Source of the DNA: Longimicrobiales bacterium
GTDB taxonomy: Bacteria; Gemmatimonadota; Gemmatimonadetes; Longimicrobiales; Gaopeijiaceae
Reading direction: 5' to 3'
Assembly: GCA_965238005.1 (NCBI GenBank)
Contig: OZ250165.1
Span: 128,001 to 192,000, forward strand
Length of the DNA stretch: 64,000 bases
Positions 24,868 to 34,586 of the stretch are shown here, one piece after another. The translations under genes and the position numbers were made by a program. The notes beneath the pieces are model-generated. The model was not told where the DNA came from and made no database searches. It was given only the letters and a program-made list of their open reading frames with translations. Each line of letters opens with the position of its first letter. Positions within the stretch are counted from its first letter, which is position 1.

Positions 24868-25505
24868 TCCTCCCCTTCTTCCTGGCTCAACGCGAAGGAG
24901 AGCGCTTCCAGCTCCATGACCATGTTCACGTCCTTCACCGTAACACGCTCGGGGACTCTAAGAGTGGTGGGAGCGAAGTTGAGAATACCGCGTACCCCCG
25001 CGCCGGTGACCCGATCCATGACAGCGGGGACGGCCTCCACGGGAACGGCGAGGATGACGATCTCGACGCCTTGCTTCCGGGCGATGTCCTCGAATTCGCA
25101 GATGTCATGCACCGTCAGGTCGGCCAAGCGCTCACCGATCTTCGATGGGTCGACGTCCAGAATGGCGACGATGTCGTAGCCCCGCTCCCGGAATCCGCCG
25201 TACTCGACCAGAGCCGATCCGATGCGGCCGACCCCCACCAAAGCCACCCGCCAGCGCCGGTCGAGGCCGAGGATCTTCCGAATTCGAAGTGCAAGCTCCG
25301 CCGCACCGTAGCCAAGCCCTCGCTTGCCGAAGGAGCCGAACAGGGACAGGTCCTTCCGCACCTGTGCCGCCGTGGTGTCGCTGTGGATGGCCAGCTGTTC
25401 GCTGGATACTGTCCTCTCGCCGTCTCGCTCCAGATTCTCCAGGATCCGGAGATAGAGCGACAGCCGGCGGATGGCGGACTCGGAGATCTTCTTCGATATG
25501 GACAA
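24864..25505 (-). CDS. rex: Redox-sensing transcriptional repressor Rex
   Basis: RRLSLYLR, QVRKDLSLFGSFGKRGLGY, VGVGRIGSAL, GILNFAP; TTG start inferred (GTG at 25532 also possible). Confidence 0.96.
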   Translation of the reverse strand: MSISKKISESAIRRLSLYLRILENLERDGERTVSSEQLAIHSDTTAAQVRKDLSLFGSFGKRGLGYGAAELALRIRKILGLDRRWRVALVGVGRIGSALVEYGGFRERGYDIVAILDVDPSKIGERLADLTVHDICEFEDIARKQGVEIVILAVPVEAVPAVMDRVTGAGVRGILNFAPTTLRVPERVTVKDVNMVMELEALSFALSQEEGEE

Positions 25506-25540
25506 CGTGGAAACCCGGTTAAACCCTTCCACACCCTGGC

Positions 25541-25558
25541 TTGTGAAAAGCTTCACAA
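25541..25558. promoter_or_regulatory. Rex operator
   Basis: TTGTGAAaagcTTCACAA, an exact match to the TTGTGAAN4TTCACAA consensus, directly upstream of rex. Confidence 0.92.
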
Positions 25559-25587
25559 TATTAGGCAGAGGGGGGCTGAAGCGTCAA
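25558..25587 (-). promoter_or_regulatory. Putative sigma70 promoter of the rex operon
   Basis: TTGACG-18 nt-TAATAT; the -10 abuts the Rex operator and the -35 overlaps the rsmA stop. Confidence 0.65.
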
Positions 25588-26402
25588 ACGCGGGCTCTTC
25601 GACCCACCCCCTCTCCGACCAGCTTCGATAGTCGTACGAATTCCTCGGGCTTGAAGGTCTCCGGCCGGCGCGTGAGATCCCAGCCCGTATCGCGACCGAT
25701 CCGGTCCAGGGCTTCCCGGGAAAGGCCAAGGTCGACGTGCTCACGGAGGGTCTTCTGAAACTGCTTTCGCCTCCACTGGAAAGCCGCCCGCGTCAGGTTC
25801 CGGAGGGAGATCTCCTCGTCGAGGGAGAGGGGCGGAGGGACAGTCGGTCTGATCCGTACCACGCTGGAGTCGACGCGGGGCATAGGCCGGAACGCTGTCC
25901 GTGGGACGCGGACCACACTTTCGACCCGGGCGACGCTCCTGACCCCCACCGAGAGAGCCCCGTACTCCGAGGTTCCCGCGGCCGCAACCAGGCGGTCGGC
26001 TACCTCGCGCTGAACCATCAGGAGGATGTCCTTGGGCCGAGGACGCTCCAGCAGCTTGAAGATTGTGGGGGCCGTGATGTTGTAAGGGATGTTTCCCACG
26101 ACCAGCAGCCGATTCGGATATTCGGTGAGGGTGGTGAGGTCCAGCTTCAGGAAGTCCTGGTGTCTGACATCCACATCGGGACGGTCGCCCCACTCCCCTT
26201 CGAGCTCGTCCGCGAGCTCGTCATCCAGCTCGACCAGGATGAGGCGGTCTACCCGGCCCACGAGGTGGCGTGTGAGCGCCCCATGGCCGGGCCCGATCTC
26301 CAGGACGGTGTCCGACGGCGAGGGGTCGAGGGCCTCGACGATCTTGCGCTGGAGATTGGGATCGACGAGGAAGTTCTGCCCGAGAGATTTCTTCGCGCGC
26401 AT
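25584..26402 (-). CDS. rsmA: 16S rRNA dimethyladenosine transferase
   Basis: KKSLGQNFL, LEIGPGHGALT, GNIPYNIT, MVQREVADR, PRVDS. Confidence 0.96.
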   Translation of the reverse strand: MRAKKSLGQNFLVDPNLQRKIVEALDPSPSDTVLEIGPGHGALTRHLVGRVDRLILVELDDELADELEGEWGDRPDVDVRHQDFLKLDLTTLTEYPNRLLVVGNIPYNITAPTIFKLLERPRPKDILLMVQREVADRLVAAAGTSEYGALSVGVRSVARVESVVRVPRTAFRPMPRVDSSVVRIRPTVPPPLSLDEEISLRNLTRAAFQWRRKQFQKTLREHVDLGLSREALDRIGRDTGWDLTRRPETFKPEEFVRLSKLVGEGVGRRARV

Positions 26403-26482
26403 CGGCTCGCTCAGCTGCGCGGCCGGACTCTGAGCCTCGCAAGACCCCTGTGCGCGACCCACTGTACTTCCTCCACAGGCCT

Positions 26483-28060
26483 CTAGGTCCTCAGGACGAT
26501 CGCTGTCAGGTCGTCCGCCGGGATGTGTGGAGTCGCGGCCTCGGCCATGTCGAAGAGAGCATCCACGATCTGGGCGGAAGCCGCGCTTCCCTGAGCGGTC
26601 ACCGCTTCCAGGACGGTCGCTTCACCACTTCCGGGCTCCTCGGTGGCCAGTGTATCGGAGAGACCGTCGGTGAAGAGGAGCAACAGATCCCCCTGCGCCC
26701 ACGCGGCCCGACCCTGGTGGTAGGACTCGGGCCCGGCGAAGCCCACCGGAGGGTCGGTGGCGGCCAGACGCTCGGCGTCGCCGCCCGCACGGAACACGAA
26801 GGCATGAGGATGTCCGGCATTGGAGTACTGCAGCTCCCCGGCCGCGGGATCGATGACCACGTAGCAGAGGCTGAGAAACATCTCCGTGGTCTCGAGCTCG
26901 TCGCTGAGAGCGTCGTCGATCTTTCTGAGAACCACGGATGGGTCGCGCGACTCGAGGGCGTAGATACTTGCCGCGCTCATGGACAACGCCATCATCAGAG
27001 CAGCCGGGAATCCGTGAGTCGAGACATCGCCGATCATAACCCCGATCTTGTCGTCCGGAAGCTTGAAGATATGGAAGAAGTCCCCGCCGACTTGCTCGGC
27101 GGATGCCACCCGGGCGGCCACGTCGGCCTGGTCGAAACCCTCCGGAGACTTCAGGAGCTTCATCTGCAGATGATGGGCCAGCTCCATCTCGTGGCTCATC
27201 CGCTCCTGGGCCATGCTCTCCTGGATCAGTCGATTGTTCTCGAGGGCCGCACCGATCTGGCTAGCTATGGCGGACAGGAGCTTCTCGTCACCAACCGCGA
27301 AGGGATCACCTCGCATACGGCCGAAAAGGTTGATGACGCCGACCGTGCGCACCTCTCCGGATGGTGGGCTGTAGCTGATGGGGACGGAGATGTCGGTCGT
27401 GGCCCCCCCGTTCCGCCGGTCGTCGGGATCGGCGCGGCCACCGATGCGCGACCGGCCTTCCTCGAATACCAGGGAGGTGACGGCATCCGGATGGTCGCCA
27501 CGTGGTGGATCCTGGGCTCCGTCCTGTCCCACTGCCGCGGTGAGGTGAAGGAGGTTCTGCCGGGGATCATGCACCCAGAGCGAGCCCCGCTCGGCGCCCA
27601 GCACGTCGCACACTTCCTTCAGGATGGCGTCGGCGGCATCGTCGAGCTTGAGGATCGATCCCAGCGTCTCGCTGATGGAGTAGAGGAGGTTGATCTCCTC
27701 GTAGCGCTCCGACAACTCATACGTGAAGAAATGGATCTCCTGGGCGAAGTCCAGCGCTCGTTCGAGGTTCCCCTGAAGGATGGAAGCCAACGGCTCGAGC
27801 CGTAGATCACCGGAGGGTCGGATCTCGAGCTCCAACGGAGGTCCGTCCTTGGGAGAGATGGACCTCACCACACAGCCGTCCATCGGGGGACAGGTCTCAC
27901 TGCTTTCGGGGGTATCGTAGGGGTAGAGATGACGGGCGCGAGTCCCGTCTTCCTCGACGCTCCAGAGGTGGACGTCGAGGCCGAGTTGCTCACGGAACTC
28001 GTCCAGGGTTTGCTCGACCGGGACAGGAAGGACGGGGCTAGCCCCGCCTTCCGGGGTCAT
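26483..28060 (-). CDS. GAF + SpoIIE/PP2C phosphatase (RsbU-like)
   Basis: GAF-like region; VGGDFF, IGDVSTHG, NAGHP, FTDGL, DDLT. Confidence 0.9.
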   Translation of the reverse strand: MTPEGGASPVLPVPVEQTLDEFREQLGLDVHLWSVEEDGTRARHLYPYDTPESSETCPPMDGCVVRSISPKDGPPLELEIRPSGDLRLEPLASILQGNLERALDFAQEIHFFTYELSERYEEINLLYSISETLGSILKLDDAADAILKEVCDVLGAERGSLWVHDPRQNLLHLTAAVGQDGAQDPPRGDHPDAVTSLVFEEGRSRIGGRADPDDRRNGGATTDISVPISYSPPSGEVRTVGVINLFGRMRGDPFAVGDEKLLSAIASQIGAALENNRLIQESMAQERMSHEMELAHHLQMKLLKSPEGFDQADVAARVASAEQVGGDFFHIFKLPDDKIGVMIGDVSTHGFPAALMMALSMSAASIYALESRDPSVVLRKIDDALSDELETTEMFLSLCYVVIDPAAGELQYSNAGHPHAFVFRAGGDAERLAATDPPVGFAGPESYHQGRAAWAQGDLLLLFTDGLSDTLATEEPGSGEATVLEAVTAQGSAASAQIVDALFDMAEAATPHIPADDLTAIVLRT

Positions 28061-28500
28061 GCCGAGGCCCCTCCCGTGAGGTCGGGACGCCCCTCCTCCA
28101 GGCGAAGGACGAGGGTAACGGAGTTCCCTTCCTCATTAAATCGGACTTCGTCCATCAGCGATTTCATAAGGAAGATGCCGCGGCCACCGGACTTGCCGAG
28201 GTTGCCCGGAAGTGTGGGGTCGGGCGCGGTCGTGTGGTCGAAGCCCGTTCCCTGGTCGGTTACACGGGCCGTGACCTCCTGGTCCCGAACCGTCACCTCG
28301 ACCCGAACATGCTTCCCGGGATCACGGTCGTTGCCGTACAACATCGCGTTGGCCAACGCCTCGGTGAGACCGACACGGAAGTTCAGGTTCAGTTTTCGCG
28401 CATAGGCGCAGCAGCTCGAGCAGTGCTCCATCACGTACTCTACCGCGTGCTCGATGGACCGAATGTCGTTCGGTAGCTCTAGAATGAGTTCTCGATCCAC
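28057..28500 (-). CDS. Anti-sigma factor Ser kinase (RsbW-like)
   Basis: HATPase motifs LTEALANA, DQGTGFD, GGRGIFLM. Confidence 0.88.
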   Translation of the reverse strand: MDRELILELPNDIRSIEHAVEYVMEHCSSCCAYARKLNLNFRVGLTEALANAMLYGNDRDPGKHVRVEVTVRDQEVTARVTDQGTGFDHTTAPDPTLPGNLGKSGGRGIFLMKSLMDEVRFNEEGNSVTLVLRLEEGRPDLTGGASA

Positions 28501-28538
28501 TCGTTACCCTCTGCGGGGAATCAGCTTGATCGCCGGCC

Positions 28539-28871
28539 TCAAAGACCCGTCAGGGCCTCTTCGCGGCTCTCGGCGATCCTGAAGAGCGTGTCGAGCTTGG
28601 TGAGCTCGAAGAGCGTACGAAGATCCTCGTTGAGGCTGGCGAGCCTGAGCTCGCCGCCCTGCTCGCGGATCTTCTTGGAAAGTGACACGAGTACGCCCAA
28701 TCCGGAGGAGTCGATGTAGCCCGTGTTGGAAAAGTCGACGACGAACTTGCGCTCGCCCTTATCGAGCTCGTCGAGGACTTTTTGCTTCAGTTCTTGGCGA
28801 TTTCCGACGATGAGCTGGCCCTCAACATCGATGACCGTCACGTCGCCCGACATGCTCACCTGAAATTCCAT
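28539..28871 (-). CDS. STAS anti-sigma factor antagonist (RsbV-like)
   Basis: YIDSSGLGVLV phosphoserine motif, LFELTKLD; GGAGG RBS. Confidence 0.92.
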   Translation of the reverse strand: MEFQVSMSGDVTVIDVEGQLIVGNRQELKQKVLDELDKGERKFVVDFSNTGYIDSSGLGVLVSLSKKIREQGGELRLASLNEDLRTLFELTKLDTLFRIAESREEALTGL

Positions 28872-29011
28872 TGTTCCTCCGCTTACGGTTTCGATCCTCC
28901 GGCTACGCAGGCACGGGCGCCTAAAGGGGATCGCGAAACGATACAGGAAAACGCCCCGACGGGGCAATACTCCCGTTAGAGGGCGTGCTCAGGGGAATCC
29001 GTGCCTGCACC

Positions 29012-30010
29012 CTACCCGGTGCCCGTGCCCATCAACGCGGTGATGCAAGCAACGTCGAAGACCTCGTCGGCCGACGCCCCCCGGGAGAGGTCGCTATACG
29101 GCCGCCGAAGCCCTTGCAGGATGGGCCCCAGAGCCCGGCAGCCCGTGATTCGCCGGACGAGCTTGTACGCGATGTTGGCCGAGGCCAGGTCGGGGAAGAT
29201 CAGAACGTTGGCTTGGCCGGCCACGGAGGAACCGGGAGCCTTGCGCCGGGCAACCGAGTCGATGAGGGCGGCGTCCCCCTGGAGCTCCCCGTCCGCGGGA
29301 ACTGCCGGGAGCCGCTCCCGGAAGAGCTCCACGGCCCTGATGACCTTGTCCACCGCCGGGCCGGAGGCACTCCCGAGGGTCGAATACGACAGGAAGGCCA
29401 CACGCGGCTCGTCGTTCACCACCAGCGCACGCACCCTGGCCGCCGCTACCCCGATATCGGCCAGCTCGTCCGGGGTCGGCTCGGGGATCACGCCTGCGTC
29501 CGCGAAGGTGAGGACCTCGTCGTCCACACCGCGGAAGGACGGAACGAGCATGTAGAAGGCCGAGGACACGGTGTCCACCCCCTCGTCGGGCCCTACGGTG
29601 CGGACCGCGGCGCGAATGATGTCCCGAGTGGGATGGATCGCACCGGCCACGACCCCGTCCACGCTTCCCTCCGACACCAGCAGTCCGGCCAACATCAGGG
29701 GGTCTCGCGCCACCTGAATTGCCTTGTTCTCGGACAGCCGTCCCCCCAACCGCTCACGGAGAAGCGCTGCATACCGCTCCACTGTGGACTGGTCGGTGGG
29801 ATCGACGATCTCGATGGCGTCGGCATCGACGCCCGCCGGCACGAGAGCTTCGCGCACGGCCCGGGGGGATCCGACGGCAGTGACGGAGCAGACGCCCTCT
29901 CCCAGGAGCCGGGCGATGGCTGCCGCGGTGCGGGCGTCGGTCGCCTCGGGGAACGCCAGTGTTGCTTGGAGCGCTCGCGCCCGAGTCTTCAGAGACTCGA
30001 GAAAGGTCAC
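29012..30010 (-). CDS. pta: Phosphate acetyltransferase (short form)
   Basis: FPEATDAR, VAFLSYST.GS, DGELQGDAA, IFPDL..ANIAYK, DLSRG. Confidence 0.9.
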   Translation of the reverse strand: MTFLESLKTRARALQATLAFPEATDARTAAAIARLLGEGVCSVTAVGSPRAVREALVPAGVDADAIEIVDPTDQSTVERYAALLRERLGGRLSENKAIQVARDPLMLAGLLVSEGSVDGVVAGAIHPTRDIIRAAVRTVGPDEGVDTVSSAFYMLVPSFRGVDDEVLTFADAGVIPEPTPDELADIGVAAARVRALVVNDEPRVAFLSYSTLGSASGPAVDKVIRAVELFRERLPAVPADGELQGDAALIDSVARRKAPGSSVAGQANVLIFPDLASANIAYKLVRRITGCRALGPILQGLRRPYSDLSRGASADEVFDVACITALMGTGTG

Positions 30011-30507
30011 TCCCGAAGCACTGCCTCCATCTGCCTGAGGACCGGCTCCGATACGAAGGGAGCCACGTCCCCTCCGAGGCGAGCCACTTCACGTACCAGG
30101 GACGCGGATAGGAACGAGTAGTTCTGATCCGGCGTCAGGAAGACGGTCTCGACTCCACTCCAGAGCTCTCTGTTCATCTGCGCCATCTGAAACTCGTACT
30201 CGAAGTCGGAGACGGCTCTCAGGCCACGAATCACGAGTTGAGCCTCCACCTCCCGTGCCAGATCAACCAGGAGACCTTGGAAGCTGAGACACTCGATGCG
30301 CTCTTCCTCTCGGAAGACCTCCTCGATCAGTTCGAGGCGTTGCTCCACGCTGAACAGGCTTCCCTTCTCCTGTGTGGCCATGTAGGCGACGGCGATGATG
30401 ACCCGATCCGCCAAGCGCAAGGAGCGGCGCGCCACGTCCTCGTGCCCCTTGGTGATCGGGTCGAAAGAACCTGGGTAGATGGCTAGAACGGGCCGATCGC
30501 GGGTCAT
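30007..30507 (-). CDS. coaD: Phosphopantetheine adenylyltransferase
   Basis: YPGSFDPITKGH, RGLRAVSDFEYE; ATGA overlap. Confidence 0.97.
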   Translation of the reverse strand: MTRDRPVLAIYPGSFDPITKGHEDVARRSLRLADRVIIAVAYMATQEKGSLFSVEQRLELIEEVFREEERIECLSFQGLLVDLAREVEAQLVIRGLRAVSDFEYEFQMAQMNRELWSGVETVFLTPDQNYSFLSASLVREVARLGGDVAPFVSEPVLRQMEAVLRE

Positions 30508-31031
30508 GGCTGCGCCTCGAGGATCGAGATGACCGTGTCTCCGTAGCGTCGTTGTTGGAGCCCGGCGAGATCCGGTATAGGATCGGTAGTACGATGCTCT
30601 ACCCAGAGCTGAGATGCAAACGGACTCGCAGCGAAGGACTCGAGGAGCCTCGCCGCCAGCCCCCGCCCGTACGGCGGATCGGCCAGGGCGACATCGAAGG
30701 TCACTCCCTCCAGCCGCTCGGCACATGCCATGGCGTCCGAAGCGATCACCGTCGACTCCGACTCAGCCCCCAGCATCTCGATGTTGGCGCGCAGCGTGCC
30801 GAGTGCGCCCGGGGAGCGCTCGACGAAGACGGCGCTCGCCGCACCCCGGCTGAGCGCCTCGAGGCCCAGAGCGCCCGAACCGGCGAAAAGATCCAGGACC
30901 GCAGCCCCATCCAGAACGGGCCCCAAGGCCGCCATCCACGACTCTCGCACACGATCCGTAGTGGGACGGACTCCCTTGCCACGGAGGGCCTTGAGCCGCC
31001 GCCCTTTCCAACGCCCGGAAATGATCCTCAC
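30504..31031 (-). CDS. rsmD: 16S rRNA m2G966 methyltransferase
   Basis: RIISGRWKGRRL, RPTTDRVRE, LDLFAGSGALGLEALSRGA, DPPY. Confidence 0.95.
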   Translation of the reverse strand: MRIISGRWKGRRLKALRGKGVRPTTDRVRESWMAALGPVLDGAAVLDLFAGSGALGLEALSRGAASAVFVERSPGALGTLRANIEMLGAESESTVIASDAMACAERLEGVTFDVALADPPYGRGLAARLLESFAASPFASQLWVEHRTTDPIPDLAGLQQRRYGDTVISILEAQP

Positions 31032-32809
31032 GTCGCGGTGCCTGGGAGGGTAGGGTCCGCGGCGCCGTGGGACCGTACGTCGAGAAGGTGGGCCTCAACG
31101 CGGCGCCGACCGCGGAACACACCGAGCTTGAGCTTGAAGGTCAGGTCCAGGGGGCCGGTTTCCAGGGATTCGGGAGGGATGCGGTTCACGAGGCCGAAGC
31201 CGATGGCATCGAGAGAATGCCCCGACTGCGTGAGCCTGAGCTTGAGATGGCCCTTACCGACCTCTCGCGGGGGGCTCGCCAGCTCGACGTCGCGGGAGAT
31301 GAAGACGGGAGACGGATTCCCGATCCCGAAAGGTCCGAAGTACGTGAGGAAATGGGCGAGCCGCTCGGTGGCCTCCGACAGCCGGAGCTCGAGCTCCGGT
31401 TTGATCGTCGGGCGTGGCTGGCGGCCTCCCAAGCGATCACGAGCCTCCGCGTTGAAGGCGTGCCTGAAGTCCTCCACTCGCTCCGGTGCCACATCCATCC
31501 CCGCCGCAGCACGGTGCCCCCCAAAACGGTCCAGATGCTCCCGGCATGCGTGTACGGCTCCGTAGAGGTCGAAGCCTGGAATGGATCGGGCGCTCCCCTG
31601 CCCTCGCCCGTCCCGGAGGGCGACCAGGACGGTGGGCCGGTGGATGCGCTCGACGATTCGTGACGCGACTATGCCGATGACGCCCGGGTGCCATCCCTCG
31701 CCCTCCAAGACCACGCCGAAGTCCCGCTCGGGTCGATAGCTGCTGCTCAGCCCCTCCAACGCCTCTCGGAGAGTCCTGGCCTCCTCGTCACGCCGGTCGG
31801 CGTTGTCGCCTTCGAGCCGGTCGGCGAGCTCCTCGGCCCGCACGAGATCCTCTGTCATGAGCAGATCCAGCGCGGTCATGGCTTCCGCCATGCGCCCGGC
31901 GGCGTTGATGCGTGGTGCGAGCCTGAAGGCCACCTGGCCGGCTTCGACAGGTCCGGCCCCCAACCCGGCCCGCTTCATGAGGGCCCGCAGCCCGGGAAGC
32001 TCGGTGCGCGCCAGCGCCTTGAGACCGTACCGGATCAGCGTGCGGTTCTCGTGATCCAATGGCACCACGTCGGCGATGGTGGCCACGGCCACCAGGTCCA
32101 GGGATCCGTGCAGCTCCTCGCGATCGAGGCCCCGCTCATCCGCCAGTAGCTCGCAGAGCCGGTAGGCGACACCCGCCCCGCAGAGACCCTTGTTGGGGTA
32201 CGGACAGTCGGCTCGGTTCGGGTTGACGACGGCGAGCGCGGGAGGAAGGGTCTCCGCCGGGGTGTGGTGATCGGTAACGATCACGTCGATACCCGCGGCG
32301 TTCGCCTCGGCCACGGCCCCGTGGGCCCGGATCCCCGAGTCTACGGTGACGATGACGGCCGCTCCCGCCGTCCGGGCCGCTTCGACGCCCGCAGGACCCA
32401 GATCGTAGCCATCCCAGACACGGTGGGGGACGAAGGGCACGGCGGCTCCCCCCATCCTCCGGATCCACCGTGTCAACAAGGCGGTGCCGGACACCCCATC
32501 GACGTCGTAGTCACCGTGGACCAGGATGGTCTCCCCACGGTCGATGGCTTCGAGGATCCGCCCGACGGCCTCCTTGCTACCGGCGAGGAGAGCGGCCGGA
32601 TGCAGGTCGGACAGGAGGGGTCGCAGGAAGCCCTTGGCCTGCTCGGGGTCGGTTAGGCCGCGCTGCACCAGGAGCACACAGAGCGGCTCGGGAATCGAAA
32701 GCGCCTCTGCGAGGAGCCGTACCGCTTCTCGAGGGACGGACGCCGGCTCTTGCCACACGGGGACGAGCACCGGCAGCGCCGGCTGGGAGGCTGCGCCCGC
32801 ACCGTCCAC
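31028..32809 (-). CDS. recJ: ssDNA-specific exonuclease RecJ
   Basis: GDYDVDG, TDHH, PRINAAGR, WHPGVIGIVASR, GSARS, FGGH.AAAG. Confidence 0.97.
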   Translation of the reverse strand: MDGAGAASQPALPVLVPVWQEPASVPREAVRLLAEALSIPEPLCVLLVQRGLTDPEQAKGFLRPLLSDLHPAALLAGSKEAVGRILEAIDRGETILVHGDYDVDGVSGTALLTRWIRRMGGAAVPFVPHRVWDGYDLGPAGVEAARTAGAAVIVTVDSGIRAHGAVAEANAAGIDVIVTDHHTPAETLPPALAVVNPNRADCPYPNKGLCGAGVAYRLCELLADERGLDREELHGSLDLVAVATIADVVPLDHENRTLIRYGLKALARTELPGLRALMKRAGLGAGPVEAGQVAFRLAPRINAAGRMAEAMTALDLLMTEDLVRAEELADRLEGDNADRRDEEARTLREALEGLSSSYRPERDFGVVLEGEGWHPGVIGIVASRIVERIHRPTVLVALRDGRGQGSARSIPGFDLYGAVHACREHLDRFGGHRAAAGMDVAPERVEDFRHAFNAEARDRLGGRQPRPTIKPELELRLSEATERLAHFLTYFGPFGIGNPSPVFISRDVELASPPREVGKGHLKLRLTQSGHSLDAIGFGLVNRIPPESLETGPLDLTFKLKLGVFRGRRRVEAHLLDVRSHGAADPTLPGTAT

Positions 32810-32835
32810 GTCAGGAATGCCGGGGAGGCCGTCGC

Positions 32836-34158
32836 CTATGCGTCGGCGGCTCCCTCCGTGGGCTCTTCTTCAGGTTCGTCGACCCCGGCAAGGCCCTCGA
32901 GCTCTTCTTCCGCCTGATGCTCCGAAGCCTCGGCCACGGGCTCTGCGGTTCCGATGTCGAGCTCGGCATCCGTTTCATCAGCCGCCTCCGCCAGGTCTTC
33001 TACCGCCGACTCTACGGCGGTGTACTCTTCTTCTTCTTCTTCTTCTTCTTCTTCTTCTTCTTCTTCTTCTTCTTCTTCTTCTTCTTCTTCTTCTTCTTCT
33101 TCCGCTTCCGCGACCTCGGCTTCCGAAACTTCGGCTTCCGCGACCTCGGCCTCCGAAGCTTCGGCTTCCACCTGGGCCTCGGCCCTTCCGTCCGCTTCGG
33201 GCTCGGCAACCGAGACGTCCTGCACGATACCGACGTCTCCGGCCAGCTCGGCCTCGTCGTCGGCGACTTCCACCGCGAGGTCTTCGGCGGCCTCTACCGT
33301 GAGCTCCGCCTCGACTTCCGCCTCCGTCCCCGCCTCGGCCTCTTCCTGCGCCTCCGTGGCGGCTCGCTCGGCCTCCCTGGCCTCTTCGGAGGCTCGGAGT
33401 GCCTCCTCGATACGGGCGGCCTCTTGCTGTGCCTTGGCGATCCCCTCCTCGGACTCCGGCGTGAGGATCACCCCGCACGCCTCGCACCGGATGACCTCGG
33501 TGGCGTGCCGGATCTCGTTCTGGATCTGGAGCGGAATCACGCTGAAGCAGTTGCCGCAGGCTCCGTCATGTGTGAGCTCCGCCACGGCCACGTCTCGGGT
33601 GCCCGCCATGATGCTATCGTAGATACGGCGCTCTTCGAGGTCGATGCCGGCGGCGAACTCGTCTCTCTTGGCCTGCAGCTCCTGCAGCCGCGCCTCGGCG
33701 GCTTCCTTTTTGTCGAGCAGCTCGCGGCGTCGGGGCTCCACCTCGGCCAGCGCCTCCTGGTGTGCCGCCTCTTGCTCGCCCATGCGCTCTTCCATCCGTC
33801 GGAGCTGATCCAAAAGACTCAGAGCTTCCTGCTCGTCATTCTCGAGAGCCCGCCGAACCATTTCCAGCTCGGCATGCACCGCAGCCTCTTCTCTCACGTT
33901 CCGGACGGCGTTCATCCGCTCCTGGAGCTTCGTCGACCGCACGCGACGCTCCTCTATGGACAACTCCAGCCTGTTCTCCTCGAGCGTCACCTCCTGCAGC
34001 CGGGCCTGTAGGGCCTTCAGCTCTTTCTCGAGACGATGGACCGGCTCCCCGACCTCTTCGAGCTTGGCGTCGAATGTCCCCACAACGGACTCGATGGAGG
34101 CGATCTCCTGGTCCAGCTCTTGGAGCTCTTTCAGTGATGAATGTGTCTGAGGTGTCAT
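32836..34158 (-). CDS. Coiled-coil C4 zinc-ribbon protein (DUF164/CT398-like) with long acidic tail
   Basis: LQELD start, long coiled coil, CGNC...CEACGVIL, then about 200 aa rich in E/A. Confidence 0.85.
   Translation of the reverse strand: MTPQTHSSLKELQELDQEIASIESVVGTFDAKLEEVGEPVHRLEKELKALQARLQEVTLEENRLELSIEERRVRSTKLQERMNAVRNVREEAAVHAELEMVRRALENDEQEALSLLDQLRRMEERMGEQEAAHQEALAEVEPRRRELLDKKEAAEARLQELQAKRDEFAAGIDLEERRIYDSIMAGTRDVAVAELTHDGACGNCFSVIPLQIQNEIRHATEVIRCEACGVILTPESEEGIAKAQQEAARIEEALRASEEAREAERAATEAQEEAEAGTEAEVEAELTVEAAEDLAVEVADDEAELAGDVGIVQDVSVAEPEADGRAEAQVEAEASEAEVAEAEVSEAEVAEAEEEEEEEEEEEEEEEEEEEEEEEEEEYTAVESAVEDLAEAADETDAELDIGTAEPVAEASEHQAEEELEGLAGVDEPEEEPTEGAADA
33028..33102. repeat. 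Perfect (TTC)25 / (GAA)25 microsatellite encoding poly-Glu
   Basis: 75 nt of uninterrupted ttc units, counted directly. Confidence 0.97.
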
Positions 34159-34178
34159 GAGTGCTCTTGTATATATGC

Positions 34179-34586
34179 CTAGCTGTTGCTCTTCAGGGTC
34201 CTACGAGCAGCGGACGACCAATCGAGTCCAAGCTCGCGGCGCTGCTCACCGAGGCGGGCCTTGTCGGCCAGGAGCTCGGTACGTCGCTCCGGGTCTGTCG
34301 TATTGTGCATGAGACGATCGACTTCGTCGAGCCTCTCCTGCAACGCCATGCCCTGGATCTTGCTCAGCGACTCTTCGAAAACCCGTCGCGCCTGGCGGAG
34401 TTCCTTCGGATCGGCCAGCAACTCCTCCAGTGTCTGCGTGGCGGCGGGTGACAGCCCGGGGGGCGCGTGCATCAGCCCCGGATCGGCAAGGAGCGCCTCG
34501 TAAGCGCCTCGATACCCCAGGTCCACGAAGTCGTCGGGACTGAGGTGCTCCCCCACCCGCTCGATCCAATCCCGATCCTTGGTCAT
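34179..34586 (-). CDS. Probable C-terminal helical part of DnaG, in a different frame
   Basis: Frame continues upstream as R-E-L-L-L-L-M-T-K; helical, with LSPDDF; follows the primase core directly. Confidence 0.65.
   Translation of the reverse strand: MTKDRDWIERVGEHLSPDDFVDLGYRGAYEALLADPGLMHAPPGLSPAATQTLEELLADPKELRQARRVFEESLSKIQGMALQERLDEVDRLMHNTTDPERRTELLADKARLGEQRRELGLDWSSAARRTLKSNS

Noticed and set aside
28872..29011. SigB-type promoter for the Rsb-like module
   Set aside because: No convincing SigB consensus; only a weak sigma70-like TTGCCC-18-TATCGT
32470..34011. ORFs with poly-Phe, poly-Leu, poly-Ser, poly-Arg or poly-Lys runs
   Set aside because: They are alternative frames of the same (GAA)25 tract; only the poly-Glu frame belongs to a recognisable protein
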